DNA of 64,000 nucleotides from Lingula anatina. Lineage: Eukaryota; Animalia; Brachiopoda. The notes beneath the pieces are model-generated. The model did not search any database. It was given only the letters and a program-made list of their open reading frames with translations, and had not been told where the DNA came from. The DNA is taken from NCBI GenBank assembly GCA_051362555.1, contig JBPQGU010000016.1, positions 2,666,001 through 2,730,000 on the forward strand, in the 5' to 3' direction. A program made the position numbers and the translations under genes. This document shows, piece by piece, positions 38,579-50,630 of the stretch; the first letter of the stretch is position 1; each line of letters opens with the position of its first letter.

Positions 38579-39305
38579 AAAAATAATATTTGGTAAAAAA
38601 ATAGTTAAAGTTCTTTCAGAAAAAAGACCTGATCTTATAAAAAAAATAATAATTTCAAAAGAAAATCAATATTTAAAAAAAGAATTTGGAAATTATTTTA
38701 TATATGAATTTTGAACAAAAGAAAAATTTAATAAAAATTTTCCAAAAGAAATACATCAAAATTGTATTGCAGTTATTAAAAAATTTAAATTTACTGAATG
38801 GAATGATTTTGTTACAGAAGTAAAATTTGAATCAAAAAAAAATAATTTAATTTTAATTTTTGATAGAATTCACAACACAACAAATTATGGTTCAATAATT
38901 AGATCAGCAGTTGCAACTGGTGTAAGATATATAATTGTTCAAGAAAATGGTAGTGCAACTATAAATGCAACTGTTGCAAAAACATCAGTTGGTTCATTAT
39001 TTTCAATAAAAATATTAAAATCTAATAATTTAATTAAAACAATAAAATCATTAAAAAATCTAGAATTTTTAATAATTGCAACTGATGTTACAAATGGAAA
39101 AAAATATGATAATTTAAATATTAAAAATCAAAATATTGCATTAATTGTTGGAAATGAAAATGATGGTGTTGATAAAAAATTAATAAATGAATCAGATTTT
39201 AAAATAAACATTCCAACAAAAAATGTTAATTCTTTAAATGTTACAGTAGCAACATCAATAATTTTATTTGATATTAGAAGACAACAAAATTTTTTTAATA
39301 AATAA
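38556..39305 (+). CDS. rlmB: 23S rRNA Gm2251 methyltransferase (SpoU/TrmH family)
   Basis: HQNCIA, DRIHNTTNYGSIIRSA, VGNENDGV, NSLNVTVA. Confidence 0.88.
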
Positions 39306-39324
39306 ATAAATAAATAAATAAATA
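39297..39324 (+). repeat. (AATA)7 tetranucleotide repeat
   Basis: Spans the rlmB stop and the lemA upstream region. Confidence 0.85.
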
Positions 39325-39367
39325 AAAAATTATAATTTAAAATATAAAAAATTTAAAAGGAGTAAAT

Positions 39368-40012
39368 ATGACAAATTTAATAGATCCAACAAAACAAAAA
39401 AAAATTGAAGGTTTTAATCCTAATGTTGATAACATCATAAAAAAACCAGTTGTTGGTAATTTAGGGAAATGAGGTTGATATTCAACTTTTATTTTATTAT
39501 TACCAATCATTTTTCATATAAAAATGAAGAATGATTTATTTTATTTACAAACAGAAATTAATGAGCTTTCTTCTGGTATTGATGTTCAATTAAAGAAAAG
39601 AAAAGACACATTAATTAAATTATTAGATTCTACAAAAGGTTATATGAAATATGAAAAAAAATTATTTCAAGATATTACTAAATTAAGAAAAATGAATGTT
39701 TTAAAAGTTGGTAAAGAAAAATTAAATAATACTACAGAATCAATTTTTTCAAAACTTATTGCAGTTAGTGAAAATTATCCAGATTTAAAAACAAATCAAA
39801 ACATTTTAAATTTAATGGAACAAATTTCATATTTAGAAAGTGAAATTTCTGCTTCAAGAAGACTTTATAATTCAAGTGTACAAAAATTTAATAGTAAATT
39901 ATTTATTTGACCTTATAGTGTAGCATCAAGTTCTTTAAATTTAAATACATTTCCATATTTTGTAGCTTCAAAAGAAGATAAAAAAGATATAAAAATATAT
40001 TTTAATATTTAA
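39368..40012 (+). CDS. lemA: LemA family protein
   Basis: SGIDVQLKKRKD, ENYPDLK, EISASRRLYNS; SD AAAGGAG. Confidence 0.93.
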
Positions 40013-40026
40013 AAAATATTTATTTT

Positions 40027-41085
40027 ATGAAAAAAGTTTCAAAATTATTAACAAAAGAAGAATTTAATTTAAAAATTAAAGAGAAACTAAAAAATGAAAT
40101 ATCTAATAACATTTATAAAATAAATAAAGATAAAATTTCTGAAACACAAAAATTTTTAACTTCTATAAAATTTATAATTATTATTTCATTTTTAATTTTT
40201 TTAAGTTTTGTGTTTTTGTTTTTAATTTTTATAAGTAATAATAAAACAAATTATTCTTATTTTATTTTATTTGGTTTGTTTTTGTTTTTATCTATAATTT
40301 CTTTATTTTTATATTTTAATAACAAAAAAAATATTTTAAAAATTTATAGACAAAATTTTGATCAAAAAAAATTATGAAAAATGAGTTTTAATAATTTAAA
40401 AGATATTGAATTATTAAATGTTTTTGATGGAACAATACCAGAACTAATAACAGATAGAAGAAAAATAATTACATATCCATACACAATATTAAATAAATCA
40501 AAAATTTTTAGATTAAAAATAAAAGATAAATATTATGTAGAAATACAAACAGCATATTTTAGATATAGAAATTGAAAAAAAACTACTTTAAATACATTAT
40601 TAAGATCACAAGTTAATAATAGTTTTTTAAGAATTGCTAGTTATCAAAATGATTATTCTTATGAAAATTCAGGAGTTATTAAAATTGATTTAAATAATAT
40701 TCATTTAAATCATAATTTTAATTTTGGAGTTTGAAAAGAAAATGATAATAATTTATCAAAAATTAAATTAGAAAATAGAAAATTTAATAATAATTTTTAC
40801 ATTTATTCAAATGACAAAGTAAAAATTAGAATGATATTTACACCATTAACAATGGAAAAAATACTTGATTTAAAAAATAAAATGTTAATTAATAATTTTA
40901 TATTAAAAAAACAAAAACAAAATATAATAATAACTTTTGAAAATTTAAAAGATCAATTACAATTTAATGGTTTTTATCACCCAAATATTAATAAAACTAT
41001 AAATCAATTTTATAATGATATTTTAAATGATGTTTATTTTACATATCAATTAATAGGATTGGTTTTAATTCCACCATTTTTATAA
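40027..41085 (+). CDS. DUF3137-like membrane protein
   Basis: Two N-terminal TM helices; KLENRKFNNNFYIYSND..IRMIFTPLTMEK; follows lemA. Confidence 0.75.
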
Positions 41086-41102
41086 TTTAAAATTTTATTA
41101 TT

Positions 41103-41606
41103 TTATGAATTAACTTTATCTTCAATATCTTTTATAATTTTAATTGCATTTTTAAATGAATTTGTTTTAAAAATTCTTTTTTTTGTTCTTTCATTATAAT
41201 TAAAACAACCAGTTATCATTTCATTTTTAGAATATCCTGGAATTTGATTGTTATTTTTAAAATTAATTCTAAAATCACTAAAAATAAGTATTAAATATTT
41301 ATCTTCTTTTAAACATTTTTCAAAAGCAATACCAAGTTCCATAAAAGTACCTTCATCTTTACTATCAATATCAAAAATAATATATTTGGATTTTTGAATT
41401 TCTTTATAATCTTTTGAAAATATATCAAAACTTTTTGGTGCTAAATTATAAGAACCACTATCAAATTTAAACTCAATAGGATTTAATAATTTATAATTTT
41501 CAGAAAAAAATTTTTTAAAAATTATACTTTCTCTTTTTCTTTGATTTTGTTCTGCTTCTGAAAATAAAGCTCCAGCATTATAAATGTAAATTTTTTTATC
41601 TTTCAT
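41103..41606 (-). CDS. Nucleoside 2-deoxyribosyltransferase family protein
   Basis: IYNAGALF, FSKDYKEI, DEGTFMELGIA. Confidence 0.85.
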   Translation of the reverse strand: MKDKKIYIYNAGALFSEAEQNQRKRESIIFKKFFSENYKLLNPIEFKFDSGSYNLAPKSFDIFSKDYKEIQKSKYIIFDIDSKDEGTFMELGIAFEKCLKEDKYLILIFSDFRINFKNNNQIPGYSKNEMITGCFNYNERTKKRIFKTNSFKNAIKIIKDIEDKVNS

Positions 41607-41691
41607 ATTTAATATATATTTTAATTTTTTTTATGAAAATAACAAAAAAATTAAAAAAAAATAGTTTTTTAATATAAAATTATCTTTAATT

Positions 41692-42042
41692 ATGATAAAC
41701 AAAACAATGAATAAAGAAAAAAATAAAATTAAAAATAATTTTGTTGTTTTTTCATTTAAAAACAATCAGTTTAAAGTTTGTGAAGGTGACAAAATACATA
41801 TTCCATATGTTAAAGAATTAAAAGAAAATGAAAAAATCAAATTTGATAAAATTTTATTAACAAATAAAAAGATTGGTTTACCTACTGTTGATGGTGTAAC
41901 AGTTGAAGCAAAATGTTTATCAAAATTACATAAAGGAAAAAAAATAATAGCATTTAGATATAAGTCTAAAAAAAATGTTAGAGTTAAAAAAGGTCATAGA
42001 GAAAAAATGACATATATTGAAATTACAAAAATTAATTTTTAA
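41692..42042 (+). CDS. rplU: 50S ribosomal protein L21
   Basis: QFKVCEGD, KGKKIIAFRYK, KKGHRE; the start may be ATG 41707. Confidence 0.93.
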   Translation: MINKTMNKEKNKIKNNFVVFSFKNNQFKVCEGDKIHIPYVKELKENEKIKFDKILLTNKKIGLPTVDGVTVEAKCLSKLHKGKKIIAFRYKSKKNVRVKKGHREKMTYIEITKINF

Positions 42043-42052
42043 AAATAGTATT

Positions 42053-42367
42053 ATGAATAAATTTTGAAAAACAAAAAACTTTTTATATAATTTACAACAA
42101 TTTGCTAAGAAAAAAGGTGCTGGTTCTACAAAGAATGGACGTGATTCAAATCCAAAATATCTTGGTATTAAAAAAAGTGATGGTTCATTTATTAAAGTTG
42201 GTGAATTAATTTATTTACAAAGAGGAACAAAAATTCATCCTGGAAAAAATGTTAGAAGAGCTAAAAATGATGCTCTTTATTCAATTAAAGATGGGTATGT
42301 TTCGTTCCATTATATTTCAAGAAATAAACGTGCCGTTTCTGTACTTGAAGAGAGAAAAAAAGATTAA
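42053..42367 (+). CDS. rpmA: 50S ribosomal protein L27 with N-terminal extension
   Basis: ...YNLQQF-AKKKGAGSTKNGRDSNPKYLG; absent from the ORF track. Confidence 0.95.
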
Positions 42368-42418
42368 TTTATTTAAAAAATAATTAAAAACTTTCTTTAT
42401 AATTTTTTTTATATCATT

Positions 42419-43039
42419 GTGAAAAAGAAAAAAATATTAAAAAATATAAGTATATTTATAATCATGATTGGATTATTAAGTATTATTCCAAGTGTAATTA
42501 TAACTAAAGTTTTTTTTTTAAATAACGAAACAAAAAAACAAATGAACAAAAAAATTAGTGATAAATTAAAAAAAACTTTTAATTTTTCATCATTTGAAAA
42601 CAAATTAGAAAATAGAAAAACTAAAAACTTTATTTTATATATTGGTGGTGATTTTTGTCCAAATTGTAAAAATTTTAATAAAGAATTGAAAAAAGAAGAA
42701 AATAAAAATTTAAATAAAGATATTGAAAAAATTTATTTTAATTCTTTTTTTTTAAATAATAAAAATATTAAAATGGAAAAAAAAATTTTAAAAGATTTTA
42801 GAAATACTGATGAATGAAATGTTTTTTGAAAAAAAATAATAGACAAATATTATGTAAATAATAATTCTAAAGAATTAAAAAAAGATTGAAAAAATATTCA
42901 AGTTCCTGTTCCATTTTTTATTTTATTTGAATGAGACAATGATAAACACAAAATAAACTCTTTATTTAGTAATCCTGGTATTGAAAATTTAAAACAAAGA
43001 TTTAATTTAATTAATAAAAATAAAAATAAAAATGAATAA
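42419..43039 (+). CDS. Membrane-anchored thioredoxin-fold protein (CPNC)
   Basis: N-terminal TM helix, FILYIGGDFCPNCKNF, later VPFFILF (cis-Pro-like); GTG start. Confidence 0.7.
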
Positions 43040-45575
43040 AAAAGAAATTAATGAAGAAAAAAAACAATATAATCCAATTTTAATTGAAAATGAAATAATT
43101 GAATGTTGAAATAAAGAATATAAACCTTTTAAAAAAACAGAAATAACAAAAGATACATTTACTATTTTGCTTCCACCTCCAAATGTTACAGGTTCTTTAC
43201 ATTTAGGACATGCATTGAATGGATACATTCAAGATGTATTGATTAAATGAAATCAATTAAATGGAAAAAAAACAATTTGAATCCCTGGTTTTGATCATGC
43301 AGGTATTGCAACTGAAGTTTTAGTTAAAAAATGAATTCAAAAAAATAATTTTGTAATAAATGATTTAACAAATATTCAATATTACTTTAACAAATGAACA
43401 AATAAACAAAAAGAAAATATTAGAAAACAATGAAAAAGACTTGGTTTTTCAATAAATTTTGAATTTGAATCTTTTACATTAGATCAAATTTTTAAAGAAA
43501 ATGTTACAAATGCATTTGTTGAATTATATAATTCTGGTTTAATTTATCAAGATAAAAAAATTGTAAATTGAGATCCAGTATTAAAAACAGCTATTTCTGA
43601 TATTGAAGTTATTAGAAAAAAAGTTAAAAATAAACTTTATTTTTTTAAATATTTTTTAAAAGATAATCCTAAAATTTTTTTACCTGTTGCAACAACAAGA
43701 CCAGAAACAATGTTTGCAGATCAAGCAGTTATGGTTTCATCAAAAGATGAAAGGTATAAAGATTGAATAGGAAAAAAGGTTGTAAATCCAATAAATTTAA
43801 AAGAAATACCAATAATTTTAAATGATGATGTTGATATGGAATTTGGTTCTGGTGTTGTAAAATGTACACCTGGACATGATCATTTTGATTTTGAAGCTGG
43901 TAAAAAGAATAACTTAAAAATTGTAACCTGTTTTGATAATGAAGGTAAAATGACAACAAACAATCAATATAAAGGTTTGGATAGAATTAAAGTACGTTCT
44001 AGAATTTTGAATGAATTAATTAAAAAAAATGCTTTAATTAAAATACAATCTCATATTTCAAATTTACCTTTTTCATCAAGAAGTAATTCACAAATTGAAC
44101 CATATGTTACAAAACAATGATTTATTTCAACAAAAAAATGATCTAAAGAATTAAAAGAAAAAAAAGATAAAATTAATTTTTTACCAAAAAAATATAATAA
44201 ATATCTTTGAAAATGATTAGAAAAAATACAAGATTGATGTATTTCTCGTCAATTAAGTTGAGGACATAGAATTCCAGTTTATTTTAATAAAAAAACAAAT
44301 GAAATCAAAGTTTCTAAAAATAATTTAGGTCCTGATTGAGAACAATCAAAAGATGTATTGGATACATGATTTTCTTCTGGACTATGAAGTTTGACAAATT
44401 ATGGATGAAATAATATTGAAAAAAAAGAATTTAAAAAAATGTTACCTATTGATTATTTAGTAACAAGTTATGACATAATTTTCTTTTGAGTAGCTAGAAT
44501 GTTATTTTTACACAATAATTTTAAAAATGAAATTCCATTCAAAAAAATATTAATACATGGATTAGTTAGAACATCAAGAGGTGAAAAAATGTCAAAATCA
44601 AAAGGAAATGTTGTAAATCCATTAGAATTAATTGAAAATTATGGAAGCGATGCATTAAGACTTTATTTAATAGGACAATATAAAATTGGAGAAGATTTAA
44701 AATATTCAAAAGAAAAATTAGTTTATTCTTCACAAATTTTAAATAAATTATGAAATATCAATAATTTTATTTCAAAAGATGAATTAAAATTAAAAAATAA
44801 TTTTAACCCAGAAAAAAATAAAGAAGAACAAAACATTTGAATACATAAAGAATTTATTAAAATTTATAAAAATATAACAAAAAATTTTAATAATAATTTA
44901 TTTTCATTAATCATTAAAGATTTTGTAGATTTTGTATATAAAAAATTTAGTAACAACTATTTAAGAATTGTATGAGCTTTAAGTATTGATTCACAAGAAA
45001 AAACAGTTGAAACAACTTTAACTATGAAATGAATTTGAAAAAATTTATTGATATTAATTCATCCATTTATTCCATTTTTAAGTGAAAAATTATATAAAGA
45101 ATCATTTGATAATTCTATTAAAAATGAAAAATTAGAAATAAATACAATTTTTAAAGTAAAAGAAACAAAATTAATTGATTCTTTAAATGAAATAATTGAA
45201 ACTTGTAGAAAAGAGCAAAAAGAAACTAATGAAGAACATTTTAGAGTTATTATTTATTCATCAAAAGATAAAGAATGAAAAAATAATTTTAAAATATTAA
45301 ATCAAATGTTATTACCATTTAAAATAAAAATAGATAAAATATATTTTTCACAAAATCAAGAAAAAATTGTTGCTAAACCTTCTAGTTTTTCAAACAAAAA
45401 AAAAGTAATAAAAAAAGATTATAAAAAAGAAAAAGAATTTTTATTAAATGAAATTAAAAGAGCTAAAAATATTTTAAGTAATAAAAATTTTTTAAAAAAA
45501 GCAAATCCAAAAATAGTTTTAAAAGAACAAGAAAAATTAAAATATTATAATAATAAACTAAAAAATTTAAAATAA
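43032..45575 (+). CDS. valS: Valyl-tRNA synthetase
   Basis: [42 protein letters not shown]-terminal [10 protein letters not shown]. Confidence 0.96.
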
Positions 45576-45613
45576 ATTTTCTTTTTCTTTTAATTTATTT
45601 AATTAAATAAATT

Positions 45614-46366
45614 ATGAATAAAATAGTTAATTATAAAGAATTAATGAATAAATATTTTTTTTATTTAAAAAGAAATAATTATTCAAATAACACAATTAAA
45701 ACTTATAAGTCAGTTTTAAAAGCATATTTTAATCAATTAGATAATATTGGTTTAATTAAAAATAAATTAAAAGAAAAATTTAATAGTCCAAATACTGTTT
45801 GGGTTCATTATAGTGTTTTAAGTTCATTTTTAAAGTGAACAAAAGACAAAAGAATAAATTCATTAAATAATTTAAAATTACCACATATTCCAAAAAAATA
45901 TATGTTAACTTTTAATAAAAAATTTTTATTAAAAAAAACACAAATTTTTGAAAATGATTCAAAATTATTACAAAATAAAAAAATAATAATAAAATTTTTA
46001 TTCGAAACTGGAATAAGAGCAAATGAATTAAAAAATATAATTTCAATAGGAAAAGATACTTTAAAAATTATTGGTAAAGGTAACAAAATAAGAGAAGTTT
46101 TTTGTACTGAAAAAACTTTAAATAAATTTAAACAAATAAAATTTTTTCAAACAACAAAAACATTAAGATTATGGGTTAAAGAAATTTTAGGTGAAAAATT
46201 TACACCACATAGTATAAGAAGATCACATGCAACACATTTATTATTAAATGGTGCTGCGCCTAAAATGGTTATGTTACAATTAGGACATGAAAAAATCGAA
46301 ACAACATTTAGATATTTACAACTTTCATATGAAACAAATAAAAAAATATATAAAAAATATTTTTAA
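45614..46366 (+). CDS. Tyrosine recombinase (XerC/D-like, 250 aa)
   Basis: ETGIRANEL, GKGNKIR, TPHSIRRSHAT, LGHEKIETTFRY: full R-K-H-R-H-Y set. Confidence 0.93.
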
Positions 46367-46388
46367 AATATAATTTTTTATTTTTTAA

Positions 46389-48038
46389 TTACATTTCTTT
46401 AACAGGTTCTATACCTATTAAATTAAATGCATTTTTCATAACTTGTAAAAATACTTTTACTAAATTTATTCTTTCTTTTAATAAATTTTCATCAACACCA
46501 ATAATTCTATTGTTTTGATAAAAAGTATGAAATTTTTTACTTAATTGTATTAAAAATTCTACTATTAATTGTGGTTCTTGTTTTTTTGCAGACATTTCAA
46601 CAGTTTTTTTAAATTGATAAAAACTTAAAATTAAATCTTTTTCTGAATCAGAAATTAAATTTAAATAATCTTTACAAAAATAATTTTTATCTAATTTTTT
46701 AACTAATTGATATGCTCTAGCATATGCGTATTGAACATAATAAAGTGGATTTTTAATATTTTTTTCTTTTAATAATGAAAAATCTATTTTAAAATCAGTT
46801 GTTCTTTTTCTTGAAATAATCATAAAACGTATAAAGTTAATACCATATTCTTTTACTATATCTCTTAAAAATATTGTGTTTCCTGCTCTTTTTGATAATT
46901 TTAGAAATTTTCCTTTTGAATCAATTAATCTTACCATTTGAATGAAATTAACATCAAATTTTGTTTCATCTCATCCTAAAGCTTTAATACCTGATTTTAC
47001 TCTTATAAAATGTCCATGATGATCAGAACCTCAAAGATTTATCATTAAATCATATCCACGTCTATATTTATTATCATGATACATAATATCACCAGAAAAA
47101 TATGTAGTTGAACCATCTGATTTTTGAAGTACAAAATCATCAGGAGAACCATATTTTTTGGCATTTAATCATATAGCACCATCTTTTTTATAACTAATTT
47201 TTTTATCTTCAAATTTCTTTTTAAATAATTCAAATTGATTATTTTCATAAAGACTTTCTTCAGAAAATCAAATATCAAAATGAATACCAAAAATTTCACA
47301 ATCTTTTTTCATTTCATATAAAAAAAAGTTCTTTACATGTCTAGAAAATTCAATTTCTTTATCTTTTAAATTATTTTTTAAAAATTTTAAATCTTTATAT
47401 AAATTTGAATATTTTTTATAAATATAATTTGCTGCATCTTTAACTTCTGGATTTTTATACATTCCATCAAAAGAATTAAAATTTTGTTTTATTAATTTTG
47501 AATAATGAAAATATACACTCATTGCAGATTTATAAACTTGTAATCCAGCATCATTTATATAAAATTCACGATAAACTTTATAACCTGCAAATTCTAAAAT
47601 TTTGGTAATACAATCACCAACAATAACATTTCTTGCATGTCCAATATGTAAGTAACCAGTAGGATTTGCTGAAACCCATTCATAATTAACTTTTTTATTT
47701 TTTCCAATATCAGAAGATCCAAAATTATTTGAATTTTCTAAAATTATATTTATTACATTATTTAAATATTTTAATTCATGAAAAAAATTTAAATAACCAT
47801 TTAAAACATTTATTTTTTTAAAATGATATTTCTTTTTATCTATACAATTAATTATTTTTTTAGTAACTAAATCTAAATCTAAATTATATTTATTAGAAAT
47901 TATTAATGCAACATTTGTAAATAATTCACCATATTCTTTTTTTTGTACCTTTTGTATAAAAAATGGTATATCTTTTGGATTTCAATTATTAATTTTTAAA
48001 GATTCAAGAATTGCATCTCTTAAATTTTGATAAATCAT
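46389..48038 (-). CDS. argS: Arginyl-tRNA synthetase
   Basis: EWVSANPTGYLHIGHAR, EFYINDAG, WGSDHHGH, LSKRAG, YVQYAYAR. Confidence 0.96.
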
Positions 48039-48055
48039 GATAAATAAATTAATTT

Positions 48056-49003
48056 TTAACAATTATTACAAATAATTGTTCCATATTTACCTTCTAAAAT
48101 TTTTTCAACATTTTCTAATGATGTAATAATTGCTTGACAACATGGATTTTTTTCAACAAAACTAATAGCAGCTTCAACTTTTGGTTTCATTGATCCTTCA
48201 GCAAATTGTTTTTCTTCAATATATTTTTTCATTTCTTCTACTGTTGTTAGTTTTAATGATTTTTGATTTGGTTTTCCTCAATTAATAGAAACATGATCAA
48301 CTGCAGTTAAAATAATAAATTTATTTGCATTAACAACTGATGCTAATGTGGCTGCTGTTCTATCTTTATCAATAACTGCTGCAACAGCTTCTAAATTATT
48401 ATTTTTACAAATTACAGGAATTCCACCTCCACCACCAGCAATTATAATTTTATTTTTTTCTAATAAATCTTTAACAATATCTTTTTCAACAATATCTTTT
48501 GGTAGAGGAGATGCAACATATCTTCTTCAACCACGACCTGCATCTTCTTTTACAATTCAACCTTTTTTTGCAGCTAATTCTTTTGCATCTTTTTCAGAAT
48601 AAAAAGATCCAATTGGTTTTGATGGATTAAGAAAAGCTTTGTCATTTTCATCAACCTTTGTTTGTGAAATAATTGTAACTACACCTCTATTTATTTTTTG
48701 TTTTTTTAATTCATTATAAATTGCATTTTGTAAATGAAAACCAATATAACCTTGACTCATACTTCCAGCTTCTGGTAAAGGAAGTGTTGGAATTTTACCA
48801 TTTGTTGCTTTATTTGCTTCATCAAATCCAAGATTAATCATACCAACTTGTGGTCCATTACCATGACAAATAACTACTTCATTTCCTTCACCTGCTAATT
48901 TTACAATTGCATAAGCAGTTTTTTTTACAATTTCTTTTTGTTCTTCTGGTGAATTTCCTAATGCATTTCCACCTAATGCTACTACAATTTTTTGTTTATT
49001 CAA
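48056..49003 (-). CDS. arcC: Carbamate kinase
   Basis: VVALGGNAL, HGNGPQVG, GWRRYVASP, AVIDKD, GSMKPKVEAA; TTG start with AGGAAGGA SD. Confidence 0.95.
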
Positions 49004-49079
49004 AATTTTATTCCTTCCTATGTTATAAAAATATTATTTAATCAATATTTTTAAATTTTATTTTATTAAATTTTAAAAA

Positions 49080-49156
49080 TGGAGCCCACGGAGGGAATCG
49101 AACCCCCGACCCAAAGATTAGAAAACTTTTGCTCTAAACCACTGAGCTACGCAGGC
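49080..49156 (-). tRNA. tRNA-Arg(TCT)
   Basis: Reverse complement GCCTGCG TAGCTCAG...loop TT TCT AA...GGTTCGATTCC...CCA. Confidence 0.9.
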
Positions 49157-49332
49157 AAATAAATAAATGACCTATAATACTCAAAAAGTAAATCATTTAT
49201 TTTTTTAATATTGTTGTTTTTTGTTTTATTAATCATTTGTAAAATTTATTTTTTTAACAATAATAAATATATTATATTTTTTTTCAATTTTTTTGGTATT
49301 TTTTTTAATAAAAAAAGTATTTTGTTACAAAA

Positions 49333-49409
49333 TGGTGACAAGGACGGGACTCGAACCCGTACTCTTCCGGATATGAGCCGGACGCTTTAACCAGTTAATC
49401 TACCTTGCC
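49333..49409 (-). tRNA. tRNA with CAT anticodon, probably elongator Met (Ile2 not excluded)
   Basis: GGCAAGG acceptor stem, TCCGG CT CAT AT CCGGA; lacks the initiator C1 mismatch and GGG/CCC stem. Confidence 0.85.
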
Positions 49410-49468
49410 ATTCTTATTAATTTATTATTATATCTAAAATCATTTTTAAGATTTTAATGTATATTTTT

Positions 49469-50077
49469 TTATAAATATTTTAAATTATCATTTCAAGAAA
49501 ATTTAACAAAACATTTTCTACATCTTGGTTCATACATACATTTTCCACCAACAAAATCTTTCATTTCTTTTATATTTGGTTTAATTGGATTACCATTTAT
49601 ATCAATTTTTTGAGTTTTATTTGCAATCTTTCCACATCTACCACATCATGCAGTAAATTTAAAAATTTTATCTGCAAAAGAAAACAATTTATTCATTACA
49701 GGTAAATTATGATCTGAAAAACCTCTATCTAAACCTGCTAAATAAAAATTTATTCCTTCATCTAATAATTTATCTACAAAATCTACAAAATTAATTGAAA
49801 AAAATTGAACTTCATCAATTGCAATAGCATATAAATTATATTTATTTTTTTCATAATAATTTTTAATTTCTTTTCAATTTGAAATACTTATAGCTTTTAA
49901 TGTATTTTTGTTTCTACTTTCTATTAAATTTTTGTTTTTATTTCTACTACTTATTTTTAATTTAAAGATTAAAATATTTTTATTTTTTAATTTATTTATT
50001 TCATTAATTAATGCATCAGTTTTACCTGAAAACATACAACCAGAATAAATTATTAATTTTCCTTGTTTTTTTATCAT
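49469..50077 (-). CDS. tdk: Thymidine kinase
   Basis: GCMFSGKT, IAIDEVQFF, AGLDRGF, YEPRCRKC. Confidence 0.95.
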
Positions 50078-50129
50078 TTAATTTTTTTTAAAATTATTTA
50101 ATTACTAATAACTATTTTAAACATTTTTA

Positions 50130-50627
50130 TTATCTTTTAATATTTAATTTATTTAAAATAAATTCTTGTAAATTAAACATTATTTTTTCATCTTGTTTAT
50201 TTATATGATCAAAATTTAATAAATGTAAAAAACCATGTAAAAATAAAAATGCAAATTCTCTTTCATCTGAATGACAATATTTTTTTGCTTGTTCTTTTGC
50301 TTTATCATAACAAATATAAATTTCACCCAATGGATTTTTATATGTAGTATTAAAAATACATTCATTTAAATTAATTGATAAAACATCACTATATTCTTTA
50401 AATGGATATATTTTATTATTTATATCTTTCATTGTTTTTTTTGAAACTACATTTAAATATATATAACCTTTTTTATTTATATTTATTTTATTTATTGTTA
50501 ATAATAATAAATTTTTAATATTTTTTAATAATTTAGAATCAATATATTCTTTATTTTCAAAAATAATAAAACATTTTCAATCTAAGTTATTTAATTTATT
50601 TTTTATAATTATTTCTTCTTGAAACAT
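50130..50627 (-). CDS. ybeY: rRNA maturation endonuclease YbeY
   Basis: SDVLS, LGEIYIC, HGFLHLLNFDH. Confidence 0.93.
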
Positions 50628-50630
50628 ATT

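Noticed and set aside
45614-46366. Prophage or integrative element around the recombinase
   Set aside because: Flanked directly by valS and argS with no cargo genes or visible att repeats.
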